Part shown: positions 9,646 to 21,702 of the stretch, piece by piece
How positions within the stretch are numbered: the first letter of the stretch is position 1
Layout: each line of letters opens with the position of its first letter
NCBI GenBank assembly: GCA_964457375.1
Contig: CAYWFK010000007.1
Span: forward strand, 1-63,654
DNA length: 63,654 bases
Origin: an uncultured Anaerolineales bacterium
GTDB taxonomy: Bacteria > Chloroflexota > Anaerolineae > Anaerolineales > UBA11858
Direction of reading: 5' to 3'
The notes under the pieces: model-generated
What the model saw: the letters and a program-made list of their open reading frames with translations, nothing else
Database searches by the model: none
What the model was told of the DNA's origin: nothing
Position numbers and translations under genes: made by a program

Positions 9646-10556
9646 ACGAGAAAAAGGGTTCCTGGTATTTGTTGACCGGTTTGGTTGCTGGTCTTGTCTT
9701 TGGTTTGGTGTATGCCTGGGTGATTTCTCCTTTGGCTTATGTGGATACTACGCCGGCAACATTGCGGGATGATTACAAAGATGCATATCGGCTGAGCATC
9801 GCTCTGGTTTACCGCAGTACGGGGGATTTGGCACGCGCAGAGGCGCGCTTGCATTTGCTGGAAGATGCCGACCCGGCTCAAGCGCTGGCAGCGCAGGCAC
9901 AGCGCTATCTGGCGGACGGTAAAGCGGAATCCGATGTCAAGGCGCTGGGTATTCTTGCCGCAGCTTTACGGGCGACGCCAATGCCGGGCGGGACGGCTTC
10001 GCAGCCAGAAGGTGCCCCCGCGAGTTCACAAGATGCGCAGGATGTGCCTGAAACGCCTGCGCCTGAAACGCAGGATACTGCTTCTTTGGATGAGGCAACG
10101 CCGCTTGAAACGACGAGTGAGCAGGCGGCTTCCGGAACGGAAAGCGCCGCTGCCGGGACTGCTGCGGAACCTGTTGTGACAATGACACCGTCTCCAACGG
10201 TGACTCCTTCGCCAACGGCGGGCTTGCCTTTTGTTTTGAAAGAAAAGAAACAGATTTGCAATCCGGATTTGCCGGCGCCTTTGATTCAGGTGGTGGTGAT
10301 GGATGCAGCGGGCACAGAAGTGCCCGGCGTTACGCTGGTGATCAATTGGGATGAAGCGGAGGAAAAATTCTTTACCGGCTTGAAACCGGAGATGGGGATG
10401 GGGTATGGCGATTTTACGATGGTGCCGGAGAAGCAATACACCGTACATGTTGCCGATGGCGGCGAATTGGTGAAGGATTTATCTGTGCATGAGTGCCGGA
10501 AGGAAAACGGTGATGCTTACCAGGGGGGATGGCTGCTCGTCTTCAACCAGCCTTGA
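9642..10556 (+). CDS. Hypothetical membrane-anchored protein with Thr/Pro/Ala linker and C-terminal beta-rich domain
   Basis: Same domain (GLVYAWVISPLAYVDTTPATLRDDYKDAYRLSIA); ATG at 9642 overlaps the upstream TGA. Confidence 0.75.
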   Translation: MNEKKGSWYLLTGLVAGLVFGLVYAWVISPLAYVDTTPATLRDDYKDAYRLSIALVYRSTGDLARAEARLHLLEDADPAQALAAQAQRYLADGKAESDVKALGILAAALRATPMPGGTASQPEGAPASSQDAQDVPETPAPETQDTASLDEATPLETTSEQAASGTESAAAGTAAEPVVTMTPSPTVTPSPTAGLPFVLKEKKQICNPDLPAPLIQVVVMDAAGTEVPGVTLVINWDEAEEKFFTGLKPEMGMGYGDFTMVPEKQYTVHVADGGELVKDLSVHECRKENGDAYQGGWLLVFNQP

Positions 10557-10807
10557 TTGCGGAGCCGGAAGAAGGATTGGCCGCTGTCAGGGTGGAGCCG
10601 GCCGGCGGCGCACACTGCCTGGGGAAAGTATGCCTGTGATGAAAAACAAGGGGGAACGGGATTGGCAAAATCAGTAATTTCAACCGGATGATGTTCGTCT
10701 GAAAGCGGGTGGGGAATGGCTGCTGGCCGAAGAGCGGCAGGGTTATTCGCGGCGCGTTGGTCTGCGCTTAATGGGCGCGGCGGGCTGATGAAGAACGGGG
10801 AAAACCT

Positions 10808-10842
10808 GCCTGCAACAACACCGGGCAGGCGTTGTTGCAGGC
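10808..10842. terminator. Stem-loop between convergent genes, probable terminator
   Basis: Perfect 12-bp inverted repeat GCCTGCAACAAC/GTTGTTGCAGGC; U-tract weak. Confidence 0.45.
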
Positions 10843-10861
10843 AATAAAAAAAGCGCAGAAG

Positions 10862-11482
10862 TTATTTGTTCTTACAGGTGAGATATAACGGCTGGTTTGC
10901 TCTGGCTTTGTAATATCCGGACTGGAGTTTGCCGCAAGCAACGAAGCTGTATACGTATTGTTCCCGGAAGACCAGCAGGGAAGCCCATTGTTTGGGTTCC
11001 ACGGTTGCCCAGTAGTTTCTCTTTTTGTTGCGAATGTAAACGGTGATTTTTTCGTGGGTCTTGTTCTTGACCCGCATGCGAATGCTTTTGATGTATTGCG
11101 TGGTGTCGAAATTGTGGGGGTTCTTGCGTTTGTTGAGCGCCGAGCCACCGCACACCGGTACGATGACATTCCGGAAGAGGTTCAGGTTGATCGTTCCGGT
11201 CTCTGTGGCATTGCAGGCATGCATGACGAAGGAGTAGGTCCCGCGTTCGACGATGACCGATTTGTCGCTGCGGGGGCTCAGTTTGAGTTTGTAGTCCTTT
11301 TTCCCGAAAATTGCTATGGTGAAATCGAATTGACTTTTGTTGATGACATGCATTCGGACATAGGGGGATTTGTCTTCGGTATTGGCATTGGGGGAAGCAA
11401 TGGCCGGCGAGGTGATGACCCCGAAAATGGCGAACAGGACGATTGCCATGCCAGCCAATTTGATGATATTGTTCTTTTTCAT
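10862..11482 (-). CDS. Secreted basic protein with two tandem Cys-paired beta-domain repeats
   Basis: Signal peptide MKKNNIIKLAGMAIVLFAIFGVITSPAIA, AGAAAGGA RBS at ATG 11482; two ~75-aa repeats each with two Cys. Confidence 0.7.
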   Translation of the reverse strand: MKKNNIIKLAGMAIVLFAIFGVITSPAIASPNANTEDKSPYVRMHVINKSQFDFTIAIFGKKDYKLKLSPRSDKSVIVERGTYSFVMHACNATETGTINLNLFRNVIVPVCGGSALNKRKNPHNFDTTQYIKSIRMRVKNKTHEKITVYIRNKKRNYWATVEPKQWASLLVFREQYVYSFVACGKLQSGYYKARANQPLYLTCKNK

Positions 11483-11680
11483 TTGATTATCCTTTCTGTA
11501 AGAACTTGATAAGTCAAGCGCTTTTCTGCGAACAGCATAATTTGTAAATGAAGGGTGCATGTTTCATGCCATGGTTGGTTAAATAATCATACCTCATCTT
11601 TGTCTATTATTGTATGGCATTTTTGTGTATGCTGTAACCGGCAGTGTTTTATCCGTGCAGGTATTCCGGCATGGATTGGT

Positions 11681-11718
11681 AAAAAAGAAAGGACGGTGCA
11701 GACTTCGCACCGTCCTTT
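11681..11718 (-). terminator. Intrinsic terminator of clpB
   Basis: 12-bp perfect inverted repeat (11688-11699/11707-11718) running into a U-rich tract on the minus strand. Confidence 0.8.
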
Positions 11719-11742
11719 GCTGGAAGGATAACCGTAATCGAT

Positions 11743-14334
<2,592 letters not shown>

Positions 14335-14537
14335 AAATATCTCCTCAGGATTTAGTATAAAACTAAAACAAACTGATGATTCCTTCGTTTATCGTTTATA
14401 CCGATTGTAATGGAGGTTTGTCTGAGTTTGGTAAACGATGTATTAGAGGAAGGTATGAGGAAAACAGGCTGCCGGGGACGCAGACGGCTTGTCCCTGTGC
14501 GTTATAATTGCGTAAATTGTTGACGGTGGTGGTGAAA

Positions 14538-15461
14538 ATGACCAATGCACAAAGCCCTTTGGATGTCGTGGTAGCAGGCAATGTTACTCTGGATGTGCTG
14601 TGTCATCCTGTGGATGATGTGCCCCGCTTCGAATCAATCGGGTTCGAAGATGTTCGGGTTTCTCCGGGCGGATGCGGATCGAATACGGCAATCGGGCTGG
14701 CTGTGCTTGGCATGAGAACAGCACTGGCGGCTTGTATGGGGCGTGATGATACGGCGGAGCTTCTGACGGCGTATTGGAAAAGGGCGGGGGTGGATTTGCG
14801 TTTTTTGGTGCGGCAGCCGGAAGAGAAAACCGGTGTGAGCGTTGCCCTGGTCGATCATGATTATCAACCGCGTTTCATCCATACGAGCGGCGCAAACAAA
14901 CTGCTGACAACGGAATCGCTTGATCCTGATGCTTATGCGGCGGCGGGAGCAAGGTATTTGCATGTTGCCGGTTATTTCGTGCTGCCGGGTTTGTATGACG
15001 AACGGCTGGCGGAAGTGCTGGCACGGGCGCAGGCACGGGGTTTGCATACGTCTTTGGATGTGGTCACCTCGCCGCGGATGGAAGATGTTTCGCCTTTGCT
15101 GCCTTGCCTGGAATATCTCGATGTGTTGATGTGCAACGATCATGAGGCTGCCCGGCTGACCGGTGAGAAGAACCCGGAACAGGCGGCAGCCCGCCTGCGG
15201 GCATTGGGTGCCCAGTCGGCGATTGTCAAACTGGGTGCGAAAGGGTGTCTTGCAGACAGCGACGAATTCCGGGGCATTGTGCCGGCTCAGGCGGCAAGAG
15301 CGGTGGATACGACAGGGGCGGGGGATGCTTTTGCTGCCGGGTATCTTGCTGCGCGTGCAGCCGGGGCAGATATCGAGAGCGCTTGTAAAAAAGGAAACCA
15401 GGCGGGTGCACGCGTGGTGACTGCTTTGGGTGCTGTAACTGCCTGGTTTCCCGAAGTGTAG
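14538..15461 (+). CDS. PfkB-family carbohydrate kinase
   Basis: PGGCGSNTAIGLAVLG and DTTGAGDAF signatures; start moved to ATG 14538 because TATAAT at 14503-14508 overlaps the TTG start. Confidence 0.88.
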   Translation: MTNAQSPLDVVVAGNVTLDVLCHPVDDVPRFESIGFEDVRVSPGGCGSNTAIGLAVLGMRTALAACMGRDDTAELLTAYWKRAGVDLRFLVRQPEEKTGVSVALVDHDYQPRFIHTSGANKLLTTESLDPDAYAAAGARYLHVAGYFVLPGLYDERLAEVLARAQARGLHTSLDVVTSPRMEDVSPLLPCLEYLDVLMCNDHEAARLTGEKNPEQAAARLRALGAQSAIVKLGAKGCLADSDEFRGIVPAQAARAVDTTGAGDAFAAGYLAARAAGADIESACKKGNQAGARVVTALGAVTAWFPEV

Positions 15462-15494
15462 GCTGTTTCGGTTGTGACCTGTTGGCGGGCAGGC

Positions 15495-16169
15495 TTACCA
15501 GCGGGGTCGTAGCTCGTGCCGTTGGCGGTTGACGAAGACTTTTGCCAGCAAGACACCGGCAACGAATCCGCCGATGTGTGCCCAAACCGCTACGCCGCCG
15601 GTGTTGCCGCTGCCAAGAGAAAACATCCCGTTGAAGAATTGCAGTACGAACCATAGCCCTAAAACAGCGATGGCGGGGATGGCTGTTATCCGCATGGAGT
15701 ATCCTGTTGGAACGAGGGTGTGAACCTTGCTGTGGGGGTAGAGCACAAGATAGGCACCGAGCACTGCGGCAATTGCCCCGCTGGCGCCGATGGTGGGGAT
15801 GGGGGATGCGGGGTTGGTGAGAATATGGGTGAACGAGGCGATGACACCGCCAAGCAGATAAAACACAAGAAATCGAAACGACCCCATGCTGTCTTCGACA
15901 TTGTCCCCAAAAATCCACAGGTAGAGCATGTTTCCGCCGATGTGCATCAAACCGCCATGCATGAACATACTGGTAAAGATGTCGGTGATATCCCCCAGGC
16001 TAATGCCGTTGGTGAAGTGAGCGGGGATGACAGCCATTTGTTGAACGAACGCTTCTTCATGGCTCCCCAGCATGATTTGGAATAAAAATACGAGGATATT
16101 AATACCGATTAAAGTGTAAGTAATAATTGGAAATCGTTTTGTTGGTATTTCATCACGAATTGGAATCAT
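15495..16169 (-). CDS. Rhomboid family intramembrane serine protease (second copy)
   Basis: TSMFMHGGLMHIGGNM, GASGAI (catalytic Ser), AHIGGF (catalytic His). Confidence 0.92.
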   Translation of the reverse strand: MIPIRDEIPTKRFPIITYTLIGINILVFLFQIMLGSHEEAFVQQMAVIPAHFTNGISLGDITDIFTSMFMHGGLMHIGGNMLYLWIFGDNVEDSMGSFRFLVFYLLGGVIASFTHILTNPASPIPTIGASGAIAAVLGAYLVLYPHSKVHTLVPTGYSMRITAIPAIAVLGLWFVLQFFNGMFSLGSGNTGGVAVWAHIGGFVAGVLLAKVFVNRQRHELRPRW

Positions 16170-16326
16170 TCTATTACCTCCTTGATAGCTACCGATAACA
16201 GCATGCCATAATTTTACGGGGGAAAATCGAATGCGTCAAAGGATTATTCTCATGTATCTCCGGATTGTGGATGTATGACGGGGAAAAAGTAACCGTCTCT
16301 AAGCATTGCAAAAAGGTGCTGCGGAT

Positions 16327-16366
16327 AAAAAAAGAACCGGGTCGGCAAGACCGCGGTTCCCGGTTC
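16327..16366 (-). terminator. Intrinsic terminator of slyD
   Basis: GAACCGGG/CCCGGTTC 8-bp stem followed by a T-run on the minus strand. Confidence 0.6.
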
Positions 16367-16402
16367 GATACAGTAATGATGCTCTGGTGTGATTGTCAAG
16401 CG

Positions 16403-16891
16403 TCAATGATGATGGACGTGACCGTGTGCCAGTTCCTCGGATGTGGGTTCACGAATGGCGACGATGGTTACTTTGAAATGCAGTGTTTGTCCTGCAAGCG
16501 GATGGTTGAAATCCAGTTTGACAGTTTCTTCCTCGATGGAGACGACACGGGCAAAGAGAATATTGCCTTCCTGATCCTTCATTTGTAATTCGAGGCCGGG
16601 TTTCAGTTCGATGGTTTCGGGAAAATCGTCTTTGGGTACGTTGACAATGCGTGCCTGGTCGACTTCTCCGTAAGCGTCTTTTGCTTCGACGGTTACTTCT
16701 TTGCTTTCATTGGTTTTCATGCCGTACAATGCTTTTTCCAAACCAAGGATGATGTTGCCTTTCCCTTGCAGGAAATCGATCGGGCCTGCTTCTTCTGATG
16801 TGTCGACAACCTCGCCATCGACCGATAATTCATATGCCATGCTGACAACCATGTCATCAGCTACCAGCAAAGGCTCTTTTTCTTTACTCAT
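16403..16891 (-). CDS. slyD: FKBP-type peptidyl-prolyl isomerase, SlyD family
   Basis: GLEKALYGM, DAYGE, DFNHPLAGQTLHF, His-rich end ELAHGHVHHH. Confidence 0.92.
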   Translation of the reverse strand: MSKEKEPLLVADDMVVSMAYELSVDGEVVDTSEEAGPIDFLQGKGNIILGLEKALYGMKTNESKEVTVEAKDAYGEVDQARIVNVPKDDFPETIELKPGLELQMKDQEGNILFARVVSIEEETVKLDFNHPLAGQTLHFKVTIVAIREPTSEELAHGHVHHH

Positions 16892-17103
16892 AGTATCTCC
16901 TATCGTATAGTGAACACGTTCAAGGCTTGATGCTGCCGAAAGACTACCGGATGATTATATCATGCCGGGTGGGGTTGGATTCGGTTACCTGAGCGGTGAA
17001 AAATATACTGCGCCGGGTGTTTTCTGCCTGATGAGCCTTTGGAAAAGGGAAAATGGTTGCCGGCAAGATGAATGTGACTGGGTTTACAAGACTGGAACAG
17101 GTG

Positions 17104-17120
17104 TGTAATAATATTGTAAC
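17104..17120 (+). promoter_or_regulatory. OmpR-family (WalR-like) tandem direct-repeat binding site
   Basis: TGTAAT-AATAT-TGTAAC (11-bp period) upstream of the Yip1/ABC operon; TTGTAACA...TGTTACAA inverted pair at 17114-17152. Confidence 0.5.
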
Positions 17121-17175
17121 AATAGGTTGTTAAACTGCGGGTGATGTTACAAGTCTATTCTGGAAAGGAAGGCCT

Positions 17176-18048
17176 ATGAACGAGAGTCAATTATCGGAGA
17201 ACAATGCTGGATTCAAAGACCAGTTGAAATGGTTGTGGGGTATTTTCATTCTTCCAAAGAAGACTATGGCTGAAATCATCGGGCAGACGAAGAAAGTATG
17301 GTTGCTGCCATTATTGATTATGAGTATCACAGCAGTTCTTTATGCTAATGCATCTGTGAAGGTGATGACGTCCGGTTTTCAGCCGAATTTTGGTGCACCG
17401 GGGGCGGGCATGCCGATGGAAGAGGGCGCTCCGATAGGTATGGAAGTGCAGGAGATGGAAGGTATGCCGTCTAATGATGCTGTGCTTGACGAGTATGGCG
17501 AGCCGCTTGATGCGCCGGGGGCAGAAAAATTCCCCGGGCAGCCAACGAGCCCAAACGGGTTGCTGAGCGGGGTCGGAAAAGTCATCCGTGTGTGGGGCAG
17601 CTGGATTGTGCTTGCCGCAGTGCTGTATCTTGCCCTGACGCTTTCAGGGGGCAGAATGGGGTTCAACAATGTGATGAATATTGTTGCCTGGTCGGGAATG
17701 CCATTGGCTCTGCGGGATGTCGTTCGTATGGTTTATGTGAATATGAAGCATCTGCCAATCAATAGCCCTGGTCTTTCCGGATTGGTTACCGGTACTCCGC
17801 CGGATAATACTTACTACTTCATGATAGCTTTGTTCACTTTGGTGGATGTTTATCTTTTGTGGAGTATTGCATTGCTGGTGATTGGCGGTAAGGAAGCCGG
17901 TAATTTGAGCCTGGGGAAGGCGATCAAGGCAGTGGTCATTCCTGTGGTTCTGCTGCTTGTTTTGTATGCAGTTGTTAGTGCCGGGGCAACGGTCGTGATT
18001 GCTCAAATGAAAGAAGGGGCTGCTGCAGCTGCCGGCGGAGGATTCTGA
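17176..18048 (+). CDS. Yip1-family membrane protein
   Basis: IFILPKKTMAEI Yip1-like start, ~5 TM segments, long acidic/Pro loop; first gene of the ABC operon. Confidence 0.75.
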   Translation: MNESQLSENNAGFKDQLKWLWGIFILPKKTMAEIIGQTKKVWLLPLLIMSITAVLYANASVKVMTSGFQPNFGAPGAGMPMEEGAPIGMEVQEMEGMPSNDAVLDEYGEPLDAPGAEKFPGQPTSPNGLLSGVGKVIRVWGSWIVLAAVLYLALTLSGGRMGFNNVMNIVAWSGMPLALRDVVRMVYVNMKHLPINSPGLSGLVTGTPPDNTYYFMIALFTLVDVYLLWSIALLVIGGKEAGNLSLGKAIKAVVIPVVLLLVLYAVVSAGATVVIAQMKEGAAAAAGGGF

Positions 18049-18049
18049 T

Positions 18050-18754
18050 TTGGAAAACGAGTTCATCGTAATCAAGGATTTAAAACGGTCATTTCAAATT
18101 GGTGATCAGGTGGTCTATGCGCTTCGCGGGGTCGATTTGACCATCGGACGCGGCGAATTCTGTATCATCAACGGGCAATCCGGCTCCGGAAAAAGCACCT
18201 TGCTGTATTTGCTGGGCGGGCTGGACAGGCCGACCTCCGGAACTGTGGAGATCAATGGTGTTGTCATCGATCATTTGGACGAAAACCAGCTGGCTGAGTT
18301 TCGAAGCAAAACGATCGGGTTCGTGTTTCAGAGTTACAACCTGATTCCGAGTATGACCGCTCTGGAAAATGTGATGTTCCCGATGATTTTTTCGGGGATA
18401 CCCAAAGCCAAGCGTGTCAAGCGCGCCAAGGAAGTGTTGCTGCATGTCGGGCTGGAGAAAAGAATGGAACACCGCCCGTCGGAATTATCGGGTGGTCAAC
18501 AGCAGCGTGTGGCCATTGCGCGGGCGCTGGTAAACAATCCTTCGCTTATTCTGGCTGATGAGCTTACCGGTAATCTGGATTCGGCCAGTGGTGAAGCTGT
18601 GATGGAAATTTTGAAGAACCTGAATGAAAAAGACGGCGTTACGATTGTGATGGTAACGCATAATCCCAATCTTGTAGATTACGCAACACAGGTGGTGGAA
18701 ATTTTGGATGGAAAAATTTTGAGAAACAAGATGTTGAAAGGACGTAGTAAATGA
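18050..18754 (+). CDS. ABC transporter ATP-binding protein (MacB/LolD-like)
   Basis: GQSGSGKST, LSGGQQQRVAIARAL, ILADELTGNLD, VTH. Confidence 0.95.
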   Translation: MENEFIVIKDLKRSFQIGDQVVYALRGVDLTIGRGEFCIINGQSGSGKSTLLYLLGGLDRPTSGTVEINGVVIDHLDENQLAEFRSKTIGFVFQSYNLIPSMTALENVMFPMIFSGIPKAKRVKRAKEVLLHVGLEKRMEHRPSELSGGQQQRVAIARALVNNPSLILADELTGNLDSASGEAVMEILKNLNEKDGVTIVMVTHNPNLVDYATQVVEILDGKILRNKMLKGRSK

Positions 18755-20328
18755 GAATATTCAAACGTTTGTCATCGTTATCGATTTGGTTAATTCCTTT
18801 GGTTGCTTTGCTGATGGTTGCGCCGGTGAGCGCACGTTCGTTGCATGAAGACGGGGCGCAAAATACTGCGGCTCCAACTGCCGAAGCCGCTACATCGACG
18901 CCGGTTCCTCCGACAGCGGTTCCGCCCACACCGACGCGGGGGGTAACGGTTTTCCCGACAACGGCACCGAAAGATCCCCCGTCGCCTGCTCCGACAGATG
19001 ACGGCGGTTCTCCGACCGACAGGCCTATTCTGGTTGTCAAGAAATATAAAATCGTTCCCGAGATACCCAAAATCGGGCAGGATTTCAAAATCAAGATCAC
19101 TGTTCGCAACGAAGGAACAGCAGAAGCGCGCAACGTGATTTTGACGTTCGATGCAAGTACGTTCCTGCCGCGGCAAACGGGCGGTGTGCTGGCGAAAGAC
19201 AATATCTATCAGCACAATGCCGGTAATTTTGTGCAGACTTTTAATGTGAGTTCCAATGCAAGAAGCGGCGCAAATCTTTTGACTGCAGCGATTTCTTATA
19301 CTGATGCGGACGGGAATGCGTATAGCACAAATTATACGTTTACGATCAATGTAAAAAGCAACTGGAGCGGTGTTGCCAGAGCGACGAAAACTCCTGTGCC
19401 TTCGAACAAGTCACAGCTGTTGATTACATCATACAGCACCGAATCCAAAATCGAGCATCTGCGCCCGGGCGATATCTTCACGCTGAAATTACAGGTTGCC
19501 AACATGGGCGGGCAGGAAGCGCGCAATGTCAAGATGGCAATCGGGGGCGCAACTGCCAGCAGCAGTGGACAAACATCTGATGATGGCAGCGGAGGCGATA
19601 CGAGCGTTTCTCTGTCCGGTGGCGATTTCTCGCACTTTGCACCGATTGGTGCTTCCAACGTGCAGACACTGGGCACGATTCCGGCCGGTGAGAACAAAGA
19701 TGCTTCTCAAAAACTGATTGTCGGGTTGGGAACGACAGCAGGTGCCTATTCCATGAAGATATCGTTCGTGTATCAGGACAAAGATAACAAAACGCATATC
19801 GATGATCAGGTGATTACGCTGTTGGTGTACGAACCGGCGAATCTGGAAATCAGCTATTATGAGCCGTTGAATATGGTCATGGTGAACCAGCCGGGGAAGA
19901 TTCCCGTACAGGTTGTCAATTTGGGCAACAAATCCGTCGTTTTGGGCAAGATTCATGTTGTGTCGGACGATGGCAGCGGGTCGTGGGAAAAGAACGAGGC
20001 AACAATTGGCGCAGTAGGCGGCGGTGATTTTTACTCACTTGACGCGGTTTTCACTCCGGATCATGCCGGCCCGCAGAAAATCAAGGTGATTGTGGAATAT
20101 ACGGATGCTTTCAACAATCCGCAGACGATCGAAGAAAAGTTGGATGTAAACGTGCAGGATATGCCCGAACCTTCTGCTGAAGAAGGGCAGGATGAGTTTT
20201 CGCCTGAGATGCAGCAGCCGACCCAACCGCTATCTTTGTGGGATCGTGTCGTTCAGTTTTTCAGCGGGTTGCTGGGTTTCGATAGCGGCAACTCGGATGC
20301 GGTCAAAGACGTGCAGATAACGAAATGA
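18751..20328 (+). CDS. Secreted Ig-like/CARDB repeat protein (COG1361 S-layer-domain-like) with C-terminal anchor
   Basis: Signal peptide, T/P linker, repeated 'I/L-x-V-x-N-x-G...A-x-N-V' beta-sandwich units. Confidence 0.7.
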   Translation: MRIFKRLSSLSIWLIPLVALLMVAPVSARSLHEDGAQNTAAPTAEAATSTPVPPTAVPPTPTRGVTVFPTTAPKDPPSPAPTDDGGSPTDRPILVVKKYKIVPEIPKIGQDFKIKITVRNEGTAEARNVILTFDASTFLPRQTGGVLAKDNIYQHNAGNFVQTFNVSSNARSGANLLTAAISYTDADGNAYSTNYTFTINVKSNWSGVARATKTPVPSNKSQLLITSYSTESKIEHLRPGDIFTLKLQVANMGGQEARNVKMAIGGATASSSGQTSDDGSGGDTSVSLSGGDFSHFAPIGASNVQTLGTIPAGENKDASQKLIVGLGTTAGAYSMKISFVYQDKDNKTHIDDQVITLLVYEPANLEISYYEPLNMVMVNQPGKIPVQVVNLGNKSVVLGKIHVVSDDGSGSWEKNEATIGAVGGGDFYSLDAVFTPDHAGPQKIKVIVEYTDAFNNPQTIEEKLDVNVQDMPEPSAEEGQDEFSPEMQQPTQPLSLWDRVVQFFSGLLGFDSGNSDAVKDVQITK

Positions 20329-21662
20329 AGACGAAAGATTTTATCGTACTGATATGGGAAAACCTGATGCGGCGCAAGGGGCGCGTCGTGCTGACCTCGA
20401 TCGGGGTTGTTGTCGGGACTGCGTCGATACTCATTCTCGTTTCTCTGATTGCTGCATTGCAGCGCAATGCTGCGCAAAGCATCTTTGGAATCAGCGAAAT
20501 GATGAAAATTACTGTCAGCCCGGGTTATGGCGAGACGGATAATCAGGACGATCAAATGGGGATGATGTTCAGTGAAGGCGAAATGGATGATGGGGGTGGA
20601 AAACGCAAACCGACAGCTCCGATCAACAAACAGGCGTTGGAGTTCATGAAATCTCTTCCTGACGTGGATAAAGTCATTCCGATGGATTCGGCGTCAGGTA
20701 TGCTGAATTATCACAAGATGGAAGCGTACCCCCAAATTACCGGGTACGACATCGATGATCTGAAAGAAGTGGGTGTGAAATCTGCCCAAGGGACAACGGA
20801 GCTGGCGAGCGGAACGATCATTCTTGGGGGAGGTATACCGGAAAGTTTCTATGGCGGGAAAAAACGTCCGGGCGAGAAACGCTCATCCACTCCCGACTTA
20901 TTGGGAAAAACGCTCACACTGGTTTTGACGAAGAATTCTTCCGACGGAACGGAAATGCGCAAAGTGCTGCGCTTTCGGGTAACGGGCATTCTCAAGAAAA
21001 CACAAGGTATGGAAGATTGGGGTGCCTTTGTAACAATGAAAGATGTGGAAAAGATCAACCAGTGGATGAAAGGCAAGCGGGTTAACCGCAATCGCGATGG
21101 TTACCAGCAGGCTGTCGTGTTCGTCAAGGATTCCAAGAAGACTCTTGAAGTTTCCAAGAAGATTCACGAGAAAGGGTACCAAACTTTTACAGCACAGTCT
21201 TTTCTGAAAGGAATTAATAGTTTCTTCTTCTTCCTGCAGGTAATTTTCGGGGGTATCGGTGCGGTTTCACTGTTGGTTGCCGCTATCGGGATCTCCAATA
21301 CGATGACAATGGCGATTCTGGAACGTACCCGCGAGATCGGGTTGATGAAAGCGATTGGTGCAACCAACCAGAATGTGCTGACTATCTTTTTGGGGGAGGC
21401 CGGCGGGATCGGATTCCTGGGGGGCGTAGGGGGTGCTGCGCTGGGCGCTTTGGTGAATATGGTCATCGGGCTCGGTATCGGGATGGCATTCCCTGCAAAA
21501 GGTGGCAGCGGCGGTGGTATGGGGGCGGTAACGGTTACCACTTCGCTGACGACAGTTCTGTTTATCATTGTCTTTTCCACTGTTATTGGTGTGTTATCCG
21601 GTGTTTATCCGGCTTTACGGGCAGCTACACTTATCCCCGTTGAAGCGCTACGGACAGAATAA
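20325..21662 (+). CDS. ABC transporter permease (MacB/FtsX family)
   Basis: RKGRVVLTSIGVVVG, large extracellular domain, ERTREIGLMKAIGA, C-terminal YPALRAA..PVEALR. Confidence 0.92.
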   Translation: MKTKDFIVLIWENLMRRKGRVVLTSIGVVVGTASILILVSLIAALQRNAAQSIFGISEMMKITVSPGYGETDNQDDQMGMMFSEGEMDDGGGKRKPTAPINKQALEFMKSLPDVDKVIPMDSASGMLNYHKMEAYPQITGYDIDDLKEVGVKSAQGTTELASGTIILGGGIPESFYGGKKRPGEKRSSTPDLLGKTLTLVLTKNSSDGTEMRKVLRFRVTGILKKTQGMEDWGAFVTMKDVEKINQWMKGKRVNRNRDGYQQAVVFVKDSKKTLEVSKKIHEKGYQTFTAQSFLKGINSFFFFLQVIFGGIGAVSLLVAAIGISNTMTMAILERTREIGLMKAIGATNQNVLTIFLGEAGGIGFLGGVGGAALGALVNMVIGLGIGMAFPAKGGSGGGMGAVTVTTSLTTVLFIIVFSTVIGVLSGVYPALRAATLIPVEALRTE

Positions 21663-21702
21663 TTAAATTATTATAGTAACGATGTGAATGAGATAACGAA
21701 TT

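Noticed and set aside
14335-14500. CIRCE, CtsR or HAIR operator upstream of clpB
   Set aside because: Only a partial CTGAGT half-site; no complete inverted or tandem repeat.
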